DNA of 64,000 nucleotides from Lachnospiraceae bacterium (lineage in GTDB: Bacteria; Bacillota; Clostridia; Lachnospirales; Lachnospiraceae): assembly GCA_045546735.1 (NCBI GenBank), contig JAZQDJ010000120.1, forward strand, positions 42,394 through 106,393. The letters are read 5' to 3'. The position numbers and the translations under genes are program-made. The notes beneath the pieces are model-generated. The model worked only from the letters and a program-made list of their open reading frames with translations. It did not search any database and was not told the DNA's origin. Position 1 is the first letter of the stretch, and each line of letters starts with the position of its first letter. Positions 1-9,062 of the stretch are shown here, one piece after another.

Positions 1-1
1 T

Positions 2-142
2 GCGTGCGGAGTTTCCGGATATATTCTCGGTGTAAATCCATTTAACCAGCCGGGTGTAGAGAGCTACAAGAAAAATATGTTTGCTCTTCTCGGAAAACCG
101 GGATTTGAAGCTCAGAGAGAGGAACTCTTAAAAAGACTTTAA
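2..142 (+). CDS. pgi: glucose-6-phosphate isomerase, C-terminal fragment (5' end outside the window)
   Basis: Frame-2 translation [46 protein letters not shown] contains the conserved NPF(D/N)QPGVE C-terminal motif of PGI. TAA stop at 140-142. Confidence 0.7.
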   Translation, partial: ACGVSGYILGVNPFNQPGVESYKKNMFALLGKPGFEAQREELLKRL

Positions 143-309
143 TCCTTTACGTGATATGATTTTTTGATGCAAAAGGCTACGGTTTTGTGTTGCAATCAGG
201 CGGCATGAAATGCGTGGCCTTTTATGTTGTTACTGTGTATTTCTACAATTGAGAACAAATAATTCTGTTAAAACACGCAGAACAACAAAAAAGGAGGCAT
301 ATCTATATT

Positions 310-1692
310 ATGAAAAAATTAATCGGAACCAAAGATTTTTATAAAAAAGTTTTATTTATTGCGATTCCGATCATGATCCAGAACGGAATTACCAATTTTG
401 TGAGTATGTTGGACAATATCATGGTCGGTCAAATCGGAACGGATCAAATGTCCGGAGTGGCCATTGTCAATCAGCTTATGTTTGTATTTAATATTTGTAT
501 TTTCGGAGGAATTTCCGGAGCCGGTATTTTTACAGCGCAGTTTTACGGAAAAGGAGATCAGGAAGGAATTCGTAATACCTTCCGTTTTAAGGTATATACA
601 TGTGGAATATTAACATTGCTTGCTATTCTTATTTTTATATTCGGGGATAATTTCCTTATTTCTCTTTATTTACATGAAGGAAGTGAGGTTGGTAATCTTG
701 CGCTTACTTTTTCTTGCGGAAAAGAGTACCTTGCGATTATGTTGATCGGACTTGTTCCTTTTGCTGTCAGCCAAGTATATGCATCGACTTTGCGTGAATG
801 CGGTGAAACGATTTTACCGATGGTTGGCGGAGTGGCAGCAGTATTTGTAAATCTGGTTCTCAACTATATTTTGATTTTCGGACATTTCGGAGCTCCTAAG
901 CTTGGCGCAAACGGTGCAGCACTTGCGACGGTGATTTCCCGTTTTGTTGAGATGGGTATTATTGTTGTTTGGACACATGCAAAGAAGGCAAAATACAAAT
1001 TTATTGTAGGTGTGTATCGGACCTTACGGATTCCGGGAGAGCTTGTAAAAGTAATTTTGGCAAAAGGTTCCCCGCTTATGGCAAACGAGATTTTGTGGGC
1101 GGTCGGAATGGCAACGATAGCACAGTGTTACGCCTACAGAGGTTTGGCTGTGGTAGCTGCACAAAATATTACTTCTACGATTGTCAATGTATTTAATATT
1201 GTGTATATTGCACTCGGTAGCAGTGTCTCGATTATCATAGGGCAACTTCTCGGCGCCGGACGCAAGGATGAGGCAAAAGAAAAAGACGCACAGCTTATTG
1301 CGTTTGCTGTTGTTTCCTGCTCATTGGTAGCTGTACTGATGGCTTGTTTTTCCAAAGTATTCCCGGCTGTATATAATACAGAGCAGCAGGTAAAAGACCT
1401 TGCCACGATGCTGATTCTTATTTCTACGATTGTAATGCCACTGCAGGCATTTACGCATGCAGCCTATTTTACGCTGCGCTCCGGGGGGAAAACGTGGGTG
1501 ACGTTCCTTTTTGACAGTGTGTTTGTATGGGTCATTGTAGTGCCGTTTGCATATGCTTTGTCCCGTTTTACATCATTTGGAATTATTGCAGTTTACTCTC
1601 TTGTACAGGCGACGGAAATAGTGAAATGTATCATAGGTTTCTTCATGGTAAAGAGCGGAATGTGGATGCAAAATATGGTAGAAGAGTTGTAG
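310..1692 (+). CDS. MATE family efflux transporter
   Basis: 460-aa polytopic membrane ORF. The N-terminus (KKVLFIAIPIMIQNGITNFVSMLDNIMVGQIG) is typical of MATE/NorM-type proteins. GGAGG lies upstream. Confidence 0.85.
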   Translation: MKKLIGTKDFYKKVLFIAIPIMIQNGITNFVSMLDNIMVGQIGTDQMSGVAIVNQLMFVFNICIFGGISGAGIFTAQFYGKGDQEGIRNTFRFKVYTCGILTLLAILIFIFGDNFLISLYLHEGSEVGNLALTFSCGKEYLAIMLIGLVPFAVSQVYASTLRECGETILPMVGGVAAVFVNLVLNYILIFGHFGAPKLGANGAALATVISRFVEMGIIVVWTHAKKAKYKFIVGVYRTLRIPGELVKVILAKGSPLMANEILWAVGMATIAQCYAYRGLAVVAAQNITSTIVNVFNIVYIALGSSVSIIIGQLLGAGRKDEAKEKDAQLIAFAVVSCSLVAVLMACFSKVFPAVYNTEQQVKDLATMLILISTIVMPLQAFTHAAYFTLRSGGKTWVTFLFDSVFVWVIVVPFAYALSRFTSFGIIAVYSLVQATEIVKCIIGFFMVKSGMWMQNMVEEL

Positions 1693-1758
1693 CTTTTCAT
1701 TGACAAAAAAACAATAACATAGGACAATAAAACAAGTAAGTTTTAATCGGAGGAGCGC

Positions 1759-2715
1759 ATGAAAATAGCAGTTCTTGAAAGAAACAGTGTAGGGACCGAC
1801 ATTCCTGTAGATTGTTACCGGGACTTCGGGGAAGTTGCATATTATCGGAATACTTTGGCAGAAGATGCTGCTGAAAAGGTAAAGGATGCGGATATTATTA
1901 TCGCGAATAAATGTCCGATGAATGAGAATACATTAAAAGATGCTCCGAATGTGAAACTGATTTGTGAGTTTGCCACGGGTTACGATAACGTGGATTTAGA
2001 ATATTGTAAAAAGAGAGGCATCCGTGTAGCAAATGTGCGTGATTATTGTACAGCTGCGGTTGCTCAGCATACCTTTTCATTAGTGTTATATTTGATGGAG
2101 CATCTCCGTCATTATGATGATTATGTAAAAGGCGGTGCATATAGTGCGCAGGACCGGTTCAGCAATTTCGATTTGCCTTATGCGGAACTGGAAGGAAAAG
2201 TCTGGGGCATTATCGGTATGGGAAATATCGGGAAACGAGTGGCAAAAATAGCAGAAGCTTTTGGATGTAAAGTCATTTTTTATTCTGTCACCGGAAAAAG
2301 TACGTGTGCGGATTATGAAAGAGTTGATTTTGATGAACTGTTAGCACAGGCTGACTTTTTATCATTACATTGTCCTCTTTCGGATTTAACAAGAAATCTT
2401 ATCGACAGAAAAGCCTTTTCTAAGATGAAAAAGACAGCAATTTTAATTAACGTGGCAAGAGGTCCGGTAGTGAATGGCCGGGATTTATATGATGCGCTGA
2501 CACAGGGAGCGATTGCAGCAGCCGGGCTTGATGTGCTCGAAGAAGAACCGATTTCCGAGACACATCCTCTTTATCAGATAAAAGACAGCAACAAACTTAT
2601 AATTACGCCACATATGGCTTGGGCAAGTACAGAAGCGAGAACCCGCGTGGTGGAAGAGGTTTATAAAAATATTGAGGCTTTCTTAAAAGGAGAAAGCAGA
2701 AATGCTGTGATTTAG
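1759..2715 (+). CDS. D-isomer-specific 2-hydroxyacid dehydrogenase family protein (glycerate/hydroxypyruvate reductase-like)
   Basis: 318 aa. It has the NAD-binding motif GIIGMGNIGKRVA, the catalytic-region motifs NVARG and ITPHMAW, and a GGAGG RBS. Confidence 0.85.
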   Translation: MKIAVLERNSVGTDIPVDCYRDFGEVAYYRNTLAEDAAEKVKDADIIIANKCPMNENTLKDAPNVKLICEFATGYDNVDLEYCKKRGIRVANVRDYCTAAVAQHTFSLVLYLMEHLRHYDDYVKGGAYSAQDRFSNFDLPYAELEGKVWGIIGMGNIGKRVAKIAEAFGCKVIFYSVTGKSTCADYERVDFDELLAQADFLSLHCPLSDLTRNLIDRKAFSKMKKTAILINVARGPVVNGRDLYDALTQGAIAAAGLDVLEEEPISETHPLYQIKDSNKLIITPHMAWASTEARTRVVEEVYKNIEAFLKGESRNAVI

Positions 2716-2736
2716 GCATAGGGGAAGGGAAAGAAA

Positions 2737-3456
2737 ATGGAACTTGAGAATATTAAGATTGCTATTGTAGATGACGAAACGATTTTTCGGGTTTTAACAA
2801 GAAAAAAACTGGAAGAGGTTATGTCGAAAATGCCTTTTTCTTACGAACTTCATGAATACAACAGCGGTTCTGCTTTTTTGAAAGAAGAAATGGCATATGA
2901 TATTGTCTTCATGGACATTGCGATGCCTGAAATGTCAGGATTAGAGACTGCGGAAAAATACAGAAAGTATTGTGCGAACGGAATTCTTATATTCCTTACG
3001 GCATATGAGGAATATATAAAAGAGGGATATAAAGTAAACGCATTCCGGTATCTCGGAAAGCAAGATGATCCGCAGGACTTCTTTGAGGCAGTTAAAAGTG
3101 CAATGCTGATGCTTCAGACAAAAGAAAAAATGAAATTACATTTGGTTAATGGCGGAGAGATTTTTGTTGCCCTTGATGATATTGTATATATGGAAGCTCA
3201 GGCGCGTTCTGTTCTCATGCATTTGAAAGATAAAGAAATATTGCCAATCCGCAGCAAGATTTCCGATTTAACAGAACTTTTGGAAAAAAAGGGATTTTAT
3301 CTTGTACACAGAGCGTATCTTGTCAACATGAGATATGCCCGTTCCTGTGTTGCAAATGAAGTTGTATTATCGACAATGGAATCCGTACCGATTAGTGAAA
3401 GAAGATGTCATGAGTTTAAAAAAATACTCAGTGAGTTTCATTCTATGGAAAATTAG
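2737..3456 (+). CDS. two-component response regulator, LytTR DNA-binding family
   Basis: The N-terminal receiver domain has IAIVDDE and DIVFMDIAMPEMSG. The C-terminal LytTR-like domain has LVHRAYLVNMRY. No cognate kinase gene is adjacent. Confidence 0.85.
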   Translation: MELENIKIAIVDDETIFRVLTRKKLEEVMSKMPFSYELHEYNSGSAFLKEEMAYDIVFMDIAMPEMSGLETAEKYRKYCANGILIFLTAYEEYIKEGYKVNAFRYLGKQDDPQDFFEAVKSAMLMLQTKEKMKLHLVNGGEIFVALDDIVYMEAQARSVLMHLKDKEILPIRSKISDLTELLEKKGFYLVHRAYLVNMRYARSCVANEVVLSTMESVPISERRCHEFKKILSEFHSMEN

Positions 3457-3482
3457 GAAGATTAAAAATCTTCCTTTTTTCA
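3455..3482 (+). terminator. intrinsic terminator of the LytTR regulator gene
   Basis: Hairpin AGGAAGAT-loop-ATCTTCCT followed by TTTTTT. It overlaps the stop codon. Confidence 0.7.
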
Positions 3483-3514
3483 TGTCGTTTTTCCTGTCTT
3501 TCGTGCAAAACCCC

Positions 3515-3542
3515 TTACTTTTATAAAAAAATGTGGTATGTT
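3515..3542 (+). promoter_or_regulatory. candidate sigma-A promoter (TTACTT-16-TATGTT with an extended TG) in the LytTR/MCP intergenic region
   Basis: TTACTT at 3515-3520, 16-nt spacer, TG at 3534-3535, TATGTT at 3537-3542. It lies between two terminators. Confidence 0.35.
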
Positions 3543-3602
3543 GGTTTTGGCGAATTCTTTGTGTAAAAGAATTAAGGGGAAATGGATTATGGGCTAAGAA
3601 AG

Positions 3603-3627
3603 GACCGACATTGCGTCGGTCTTTTTC
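3603..3627 (+). terminator. orphan intrinsic terminator about 110 nt upstream of the MCP gene
   Basis: 7-bp GC-rich stem GACCGAC/GTCGGTC with loop ATTGC, followed by TTTTT. No CDS ends here. Confidence 0.6.
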
Positions 3628-3735
3628 CGTTGTGTCAAAACATAAAAGATACTTGGTTTTCATGTCCGCCTATGATATACTATATTAGTAAAATTGTACT
3701 TTTCGATAAAGTAGTTATATAAAGGAGAAGCACAA

Positions 3736-5571
3736 ATGAGTGAGAAGGATTTCATGGGTCAGGAAGAAGAACTGGATATTGATGCGTTGTTTGCAAAAAT
3801 GATGGCAGAAAAAGAAGCTAACGGAGAGGAAGTTGTACAGGAGGAAGAAGCTCCTGCAGCAGAGGAGACGCCGGTATATGAAGAGGCTCCGGTAGCAGAG
3901 GAAGCACCGGTATATGAAGAAACTCCGATGGCAGAGGAATCACCTGTAAAACAAGGAACGAAAAAACGTATTTTCTCTTTCGAAAACCGCATCAGAGCAA
4001 TCGGTATTATTCCGATGATTATTGCATGTATTATTCTTGAGATGGTGTGCAGCAATCTGTTAGAAGATTCTATGATGGGTGAAGTTGAGACAGCGCTTCA
4101 AGTGGCTGCAGTTTCGGCAGATGAAATGTACGGAACCGGTGATACGGCATTCATTGAGGAATTAAAAGAAAAAACAGATTTTGAGGTTACAATTTATTCG
4201 GGAACTTCATGTGAATATACTACATTTTCGAACAAAGAACTTTCTTTGAATAGTGATATTGCGAAGAAATTGAAAGACGGCGAAGTTGTATTTGTTGATA
4301 GAGAAGATATCTCCGGAGTGGAATACCATACATATTATCAGAATCTTCAACATTCAGATGGTGTTATTTGTGTAGCAAAGGATACAGGTCACACAGATAA
4401 AGTTGTTTTATTACAGTCGCTTAATATCATACTCGTGGCAATTGCCCTTATAGTTCTTGCATGGTTTATTATTTCTAAAGCAGCACAGGGTATGATCGGT
4501 GTTATGATAGTGACAAAGGAATTCCTTGAGAAAGTGGCAGGAGGAGAACTTACAGTTGCTTCTGATCCGAAATTCCAGTCAAGGGATGATGAGCTTGGTG
4601 ATATTTACAATATTTCCGTACAGCTTCAAAGCTCGCTTCGTAAGATTGTAAATAATATTAAAGTATCTGCAACGGATCTTACAGTATCTGCAGACCAGTT
4701 AACAGGTCTGGCGCAAGGTACAAAAGAGACGGTAGACGGCGTTTACGATTCTCTTGAAGAGATTACAAAAGGTTCTGTCACACAGGCGGATGAGACCGGT
4801 GTAGCAAGACAGAATGTAGATATGATTGGTGAGCAGATTACATATATTACCGAGGAAGTAGATTATCTGACACAGAATGCAGAACAGATGTCTGAGGCAG
4901 AAAAGGCGTCTGAGGAAATTATCGATGAGTTAAATGCATCTAATGAAGAAACCGTAGCGTCAGTTACCAAGGTAGCAGAACAGATTAATGCATTGCATGA
5001 TTCGATTGCATCTGTTCAGTCGGCAATCACAATGATTCAGAACATTGCAGATGAAACAGACCTTCTTTCATTGAATGCAAGTATTGAAGCAGCCAGAGCC
5101 GGTGAAGCCGGAAGAGGATTTGCCGTTGTTGCTCTTCAGATCAGTAAGCTTGCAGAGCAGTCCAATGCAGCAGCAGCTGAGGTAGAGCAGATTATTGCAG
5201 AAATTATTTCCGAATCCAACAAGATGGTTGAGGTTATGGAAGTCGTTAAAGTTAAGATGGATCATCAGAAAGAAAAACTTGATGAGACAATGGAAAAATC
5301 CAATGCAGTTGCAGTTGGTGTTTCCCGCTCACTTGACAATATAGAAAGCATCCGTGAAAAAGTGGATGTACTTAGTGAATCCGGTGATGCAATTCAGGAT
5401 GTAGTTCATAATCTTGCATCGATTTCCGAGCAGAATGAGGCATCAACACAGAATACAATGTCAGCAGCACGTGGTATGACAGATACGATGGATACGTTGG
5501 AGCTTTCATCAGAAAGACTTCGTTTGTTGTCAGAAAGACTTGAGGATGCGTTATCAATCTTTAAGGTTTAA
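3736..5571 (+). CDS. methyl-accepting chemotaxis protein
   Basis: 611 aa. It has two TM segments flanking a sensor domain, a HAMP-like region, and the highly conserved signalling hairpin [38 protein letters not shown]. Confidence 0.9.
   Translation: MSEKDFMGQEEELDIDALFAKMMAEKEANGEEVVQEEEAPAAEETPVYEEAPVAEEAPVYEETPMAEESPVKQGTKKRIFSFENRIRAIGIIPMIIACIILEMVCSNLLEDSMMGEVETALQVAAVSADEMYGTGDTAFIEELKEKTDFEVTIYSGTSCEYTTFSNKELSLNSDIAKKLKDGEVVFVDREDISGVEYHTYYQNLQHSDGVICVAKDTGHTDKVVLLQSLNIILVAIALIVLAWFIISKAAQGMIGVMIVTKEFLEKVAGGELTVASDPKFQSRDDELGDIYNISVQLQSSLRKIVNNIKVSATDLTVSADQLTGLAQGTKETVDGVYDSLEEITKGSVTQADETGVARQNVDMIGEQITYITEEVDYLTQNAEQMSEAEKASEEIIDELNASNEETVASVTKVAEQINALHDSIASVQSAITMIQNIADETDLLSLNASIEAARAGEAGRGFAVVALQISKLAEQSNAAAAEVEQIIAEIISESNKMVEVMEVVKVKMDHQKEKLDETMEKSNAVAVGVSRSLDNIESIREKVDVLSESGDAIQDVVHNLASISEQNEASTQNTMSAARGMTDTMDTLELSSERLRLLSERLEDALSIFKV
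3844..3951 (+). repeat. three tandem 36-nt (12-aa) acidic repeats inside the MCP N-terminus
   Basis: The repeat units read [12 protein letters not shown] / [12 protein letters not shown] / [12 protein letters not shown]. Nucleotide units start at 3844, 3880 and 3916. Confidence 0.8.
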
Positions 5572-5576
5572 TTTAA

Positions 5577-5608
5577 AAATCCTGTCGATAATCGGCAGGA
5601 TTTTTTGT
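5577..5608 (+). terminator. intrinsic terminator of the MCP gene
   Basis: Stem ATCCTGTCG/CGGCAGGAT followed by TTTTTTG. Confidence 0.75.
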
Positions 5609-5814
5609 TGCTAAAAATACGGTGGAAATTTCTTTTTTGTTTCGGTATAATGATTTCATCTAAAAGCATATCTGAAATCTTCGGCTTAAGCCGTCTGTAT
5701 CAATTCTGAACTATTTAGATCTCAAATGCTTTTATCTCAAAACTATTTTAATAAGGGCAGTGAGATGGGAAAGATATGCGCTTTCAAGTATTCTCCTGTC
5801 GGATTGGAGGATGA

Positions 5815-6756
5815 ATGAAAGAAACTAAGAAAAACAAAAAGCAACAAAAAGTGCGTCGTGACCATAAGAGTTCCATCTTTGCCATGATATTTGGGGACAA
5901 GAAAGAAGCTTTGGCGCTTTACAATGCAATCAGTGGGAAAGAATATAAAAATCCTGATGATTTAAAAATTACAACATTGGAGAATGCACTTTATCTTGAC
6001 ATGAAAAATGACGTCTCTTTTTTGGTGGATACCAGTTTGTGGCTTGTAGAGCATCAGTCCACGGTAAATCCGAATATGCCCTTGCGTGATTTGTTTTATG
6101 TAGCAAGGCAGTATGAAAAACTGTATGGTGATGAGAATATTTATTTACCTACGCCGAAAAGAGTGATTCCGCCGTTTTTTGTAACACTTTATAACGGGAT
6201 AGCAAAACAGCCGGAGCGTAAGGTCATGCGTTTGTCCGAACTATATATACATATGGCGGAAACGGATGAGCCAAATTTAGAGTTAAAAGTACTTCAGTTA
6301 AATATTAATCCGGGATATAATGAGCGGTTGAAGGAAAAGTGTAAAACGCTGGGAGAGTACACGGAGTATGTGGAAAAGGTGCGCCGGTATGAAAAGACAT
6401 ATCCGCTCACGGAGGCAGCAGAGTTAGCAATTGATGAATGTATACAAGAGGGTGTTTTAGCGGAATTTTTTCGCAAGCAGAGAAAGGAGGCACTTAGAAT
6501 GATATTATTTGAGTATGATAAGAAAAAGTATGAGAAGGCACTGCGCGAGTATATAAGAGAAGAGGAAAGAGCGGGAGGTATAGCAGAAGGAAGAGCGGAA
6601 GGTATAGCAGAAGGAAGAGCAGAAAATCAGGCAAAAGTTTTTTTGAATATGCTTGCTGAAGGAATATCTATCGAGCAGGCACAAAGAATAGCAGAAGTAG
6701 ATGATGAAACTAAGGAAAAATTGTTGAAAGGTAACAAAAAAGCAGCTCAAGATTGA
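5815..6756 (+). CDS. Rpn/YhgA-like PD-(D/E)XK nuclease family protein (recombination-promoting nuclease / putative transposase)
   Basis: 313 aa. The pattern D-x-SFLVD...LVEHQS...NMPLRDLFYVARQYE...VTLYNG matches the PD-(D/E)XK core layout of Rpn-type proteins. The C-terminal helical tail has AEGRAEG repeats. Confidence 0.6.
   Translation: MKETKKNKKQQKVRRDHKSSIFAMIFGDKKEALALYNAISGKEYKNPDDLKITTLENALYLDMKNDVSFLVDTSLWLVEHQSTVNPNMPLRDLFYVARQYEKLYGDENIYLPTPKRVIPPFFVTLYNGIAKQPERKVMRLSELYIHMAETDEPNLELKVLQLNINPGYNERLKEKCKTLGEYTEYVEKVRRYEKTYPLTEAAELAIDECIQEGVLAEFFRKQRKEALRMILFEYDKKKYEKALREYIREEERAGGIAEGRAEGIAEGRAENQAKVFLNMLAEGISIEQAQRIAEVDDETKEKLLKGNKKAAQD
6577..6624 (+). repeat. tandem 24-nt duplication inside the Rpn-like gene
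   Basis: GGTATAGCAGAAGGAAGAGCGGAA is followed by GGTATAGCAGAAGGAAGAGCAGAA (23/24 identical), encoding GIAEGRAE twice. Confidence 0.9.
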
Positions 6757-6767
6757 GCTGCTTTTTA
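6736..6767. terminator. bidirectional intrinsic terminator between convergent genes
   Basis: 9-bp stem AGCAGCTCA/TGAGCTGCT flanked by an A-run upstream and a T-run downstream. It overlaps the stop of the + gene and lies 14 nt from the stop of the - gene. Confidence 0.75.
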
Positions 6768-6780
6768 TAATGCATTAAAA

Positions 6781-7545
6781 CTAACATTCTCTCACATCAG
6801 AGAAACTCCAAACATGAATGTTATAAGTAACTACACCGGTTCCGCAATATTCACAGAACTTAGAACCGAGGTTTGTAATCGGTGCACCACAGTTTGGACA
6901 GTTAAGACCTTCTGCATCACCGAGATCACCTTCTACCAAGGCACGGTCTTGAATATAAATGAGATCCGTTTCGTATTTGGACTGGAATAAAACGTCCTTG
7001 GAACCGGAAATAACACGGCCGCTGTGGTCGGTTATGTAGTGATAATACTGTACAGAGGTTTGCATCGTGATGATACAACGTCCGGATTTTTTCGTATAAC
7101 CGGAAATTTCTGTACGATGTATTTTGATTTTGTCAAAGTGTTCCCTTTGATCTTTGTTTTTTAATATTGCAATTTCATGTTCCAGTTTGTTTTTTAGTTC
7201 GGAGTTACCTTCCGTTAAACGTCCCGGATTAAAATCATTTACGGCAAGAAGAAAAGAAGTAAGAACATTTTGTGCTTTTTCCTTCATCTCGTCATAAGAA
7301 AATTCCGGGAAGTCACGGGTAATTTTCGGTAAATACAAGCTTGTCATAGCAGATACAGATTTCGGAGTAACCGCATATTCTGCTTCAATTTGTTCAAAAC
7401 CTTCCATTAAGGAATCCGTACCGAAAACTTGTCTGGAAAACTGTCTGGTCTTCTGCTTGAGTTTGTAAATGCCGATGGAAATGGCAATGATAACTATGAG
7501 CAGAAGAACCAGAAATATAATTCCGAGAATTAATGTCGCTTTCAT
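6781..7545 (-). CDS. membrane-anchored protein with a C-terminal zinc-ribbon, translationally coupled to the upstream SPFH gene
   Basis: 254 aa with an N-terminal TM helix and a C-terminal CPNCG...CEYCG motif. Its ATG overlaps the upstream stop (TAATG). Confidence 0.7.
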   Translation of the reverse strand: MKATLILGIIFLVLLLIVIIAISIGIYKLKQKTRQFSRQVFGTDSLMEGFEQIEAEYAVTPKSVSAMTSLYLPKITRDFPEFSYDEMKEKAQNVLTSFLLAVNDFNPGRLTEGNSELKNKLEHEIAILKNKDQREHFDKIKIHRTEISGYTKKSGRCIITMQTSVQYYHYITDHSGRVISGSKDVLFQSKYETDLIYIQDRALVEGDLGDAEGLNCPNCGAPITNLGSKFCEYCGTGVVTYNIHVWSFSDVREC

Positions 7546-8912
7546 TATTTCACAATGTCACTTTCGTTAAATGGGTCGCCGCATTCCGGGCAGAATTTCG
7601 GAGGATTCTTTGGATCAGCCGGTTCCCATCCGCATTTATCACATTTGTAAAGAGGTTCGCCGGTTGGTTTCTGAGTTCCGCATTCACCACAGAATTTACC
7701 TTTGTTCTGTGCGGAACATACAGGGCAAACCCATCCGTCTGCTGTCTGTTCTTCCGGTTTTCTTGCACCGCAGTTTGCACAGAATTTACCTGTGTTTCCT
7801 GTGTGACCGCAACCACAAGTCCAAGCATTTGCAGGAGCCGGAGCAGCAGCTACAGGAGTGGCCGGTGCTGCAGGAGCCGGAGCAGCCTGCTGCTGGTTTT
7901 GTCCCATTGCAAAGAGGGAAGTAGCATCCATACCACCTGCCATATTAGCCATGTTCATTCCGGCAAAAGCCATCATAGGACCTGTAGATGTATTGGAAGC
8001 AGCAGCCTTCATAGCCTCTGCCTGTGCACTTACGAGAGTTGCAGCAGCCATGTTGGAGTTACGAAGAACTGCTGTTTTCTGTAATTCTTTAATCATTGCT
8101 TCGTCTTCTTCGGAAGCTTTTACTGTGTTAACACCGAAGGAAGCGATTTCAAGACCACGGAGAGCTCCCCACTTTTCAGAAAGAACTTCATTTAACGCAT
8201 CTGCGATTTCCATTGTGTGTCCAGGAAGTTCGCTGTAACGAACGCCCATAGCGGAAACTTTTGCAAATGCCGGCTGAAGAGCTGTTAAAAGCTCTGTTTT
8301 GAGCTGGCTGTCAATGCGGTCTCTTGTATATTCGTCTGCTACGTTAGCACAAACGTTTGTATAGAAAAGAAGCGGGTCAACAATCTTGTAAGAATATTCT
8401 CCGTTACAACGGATAGAAATATCAATATCAAGACCGATGTTATTATCAACAACACGGAAAGGTACCGGATTCATAGTTCCGTATTTGTTTCCGATGATTT
8501 CTTTTGTGTTAAAGAAGTAAACTCTTTGGTCCTTTGCCGGATCACCACCCATGGTGAAACGTTTACCGATTGTAGCAAAAGTATTTTTTAAGCTTTCGCC
8601 GAGAGGACCATAGAAAACGCTTGGTTCTGTAGAGCTTTCGTAAATAAATTCTCCGGCTTCTGCACAAACCTCAGCAATTTTACCCTGATCGATAATTAAC
8701 ATACACTGTCCTTCATTGACAGCAATAATAGAGCCGTTAGAAATAATGTTTGACTCTCCCTTTGTGTTACTTGTACCACGTCTGTCGCTGGTTCTCTTCT
8801 GACCTTTTGCAACAAGTACATTTTCGTTCAGTGAGTCGCAGTAGAAATACTCGCGCCACTGATCTGCAACCGATGAACCGACTGCATTTTTAAGTGCTCT
8901 AATTAATCCCAT
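7545..8912 (-). CDS. SPFH/band-7-like (YdjI-like, virion-core-protein-like) protein with three C-terminal zinc-ribbons
   Basis: 455 aa. The N-terminus MGLIRALKNAVGSSVADQWREYFYCDSL is typical of YdjI-type SPFH proteins. An Ala/Pro-rich linker is followed by three CxxC...CxxC ribbons. Confidence 0.75.
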   Translation of the reverse strand: MGLIRALKNAVGSSVADQWREYFYCDSLNENVLVAKGQKRTSDRRGTSNTKGESNIISNGSIIAVNEGQCMLIIDQGKIAEVCAEAGEFIYESSTEPSVFYGPLGESLKNTFATIGKRFTMGGDPAKDQRVYFFNTKEIIGNKYGTMNPVPFRVVDNNIGLDIDISIRCNGEYSYKIVDPLLFYTNVCANVADEYTRDRIDSQLKTELLTALQPAFAKVSAMGVRYSELPGHTMEIADALNEVLSEKWGALRGLEIASFGVNTVKASEEDEAMIKELQKTAVLRNSNMAAATLVSAQAEAMKAAASNTSTGPMMAFAGMNMANMAGGMDATSLFAMGQNQQQAAPAPAAPATPVAAAPAPANAWTCGCGHTGNTGKFCANCGARKPEEQTADGWVCPVCSAQNKGKFCGECGTQKPTGEPLYKCDKCGWEPADPKNPPKFCPECGDPFNESDIVK

Positions 8913-9062
8913 AATTTTTCTCCCTTTCTTGTTGTATATATTATAATAATTTTATTCAGAGCCTTTATTCGCAAAATCGCTGCTGCGCCGTTTTCCTTTT
9001 GCTCATAATGGATTCTCGCCATATAAATTTTCGCTCGCAAATTTACATGGTTCTGAATAAAA

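Noticed and set aside
3591-3626. GGGCTAAGAAAGGA... (3591), and the inverted TCTTACCC...TGGGAAGA pair at 10160-10195, as extra members of the repeat family
   Set aside because: Only the first ~12 nt resemble the unit. The 3591 copy runs into a terminator stem and lacks the CCCA end. The 10160 pair is on the opposite strand, overlaps the HD-GYP RBS, and has the arms in the reverse order. The evidence is too weak to count them.
7533-8238. Plus-strand ORFs (183, 117 and 126 aa) opposite the zinc-ribbon and Ala/Pro-rich part of the SPFH gene
   Set aside because: They are antisense shadows of a GC-rich, repetitive coding segment. They overlap one another in different frames, and none has a start context.
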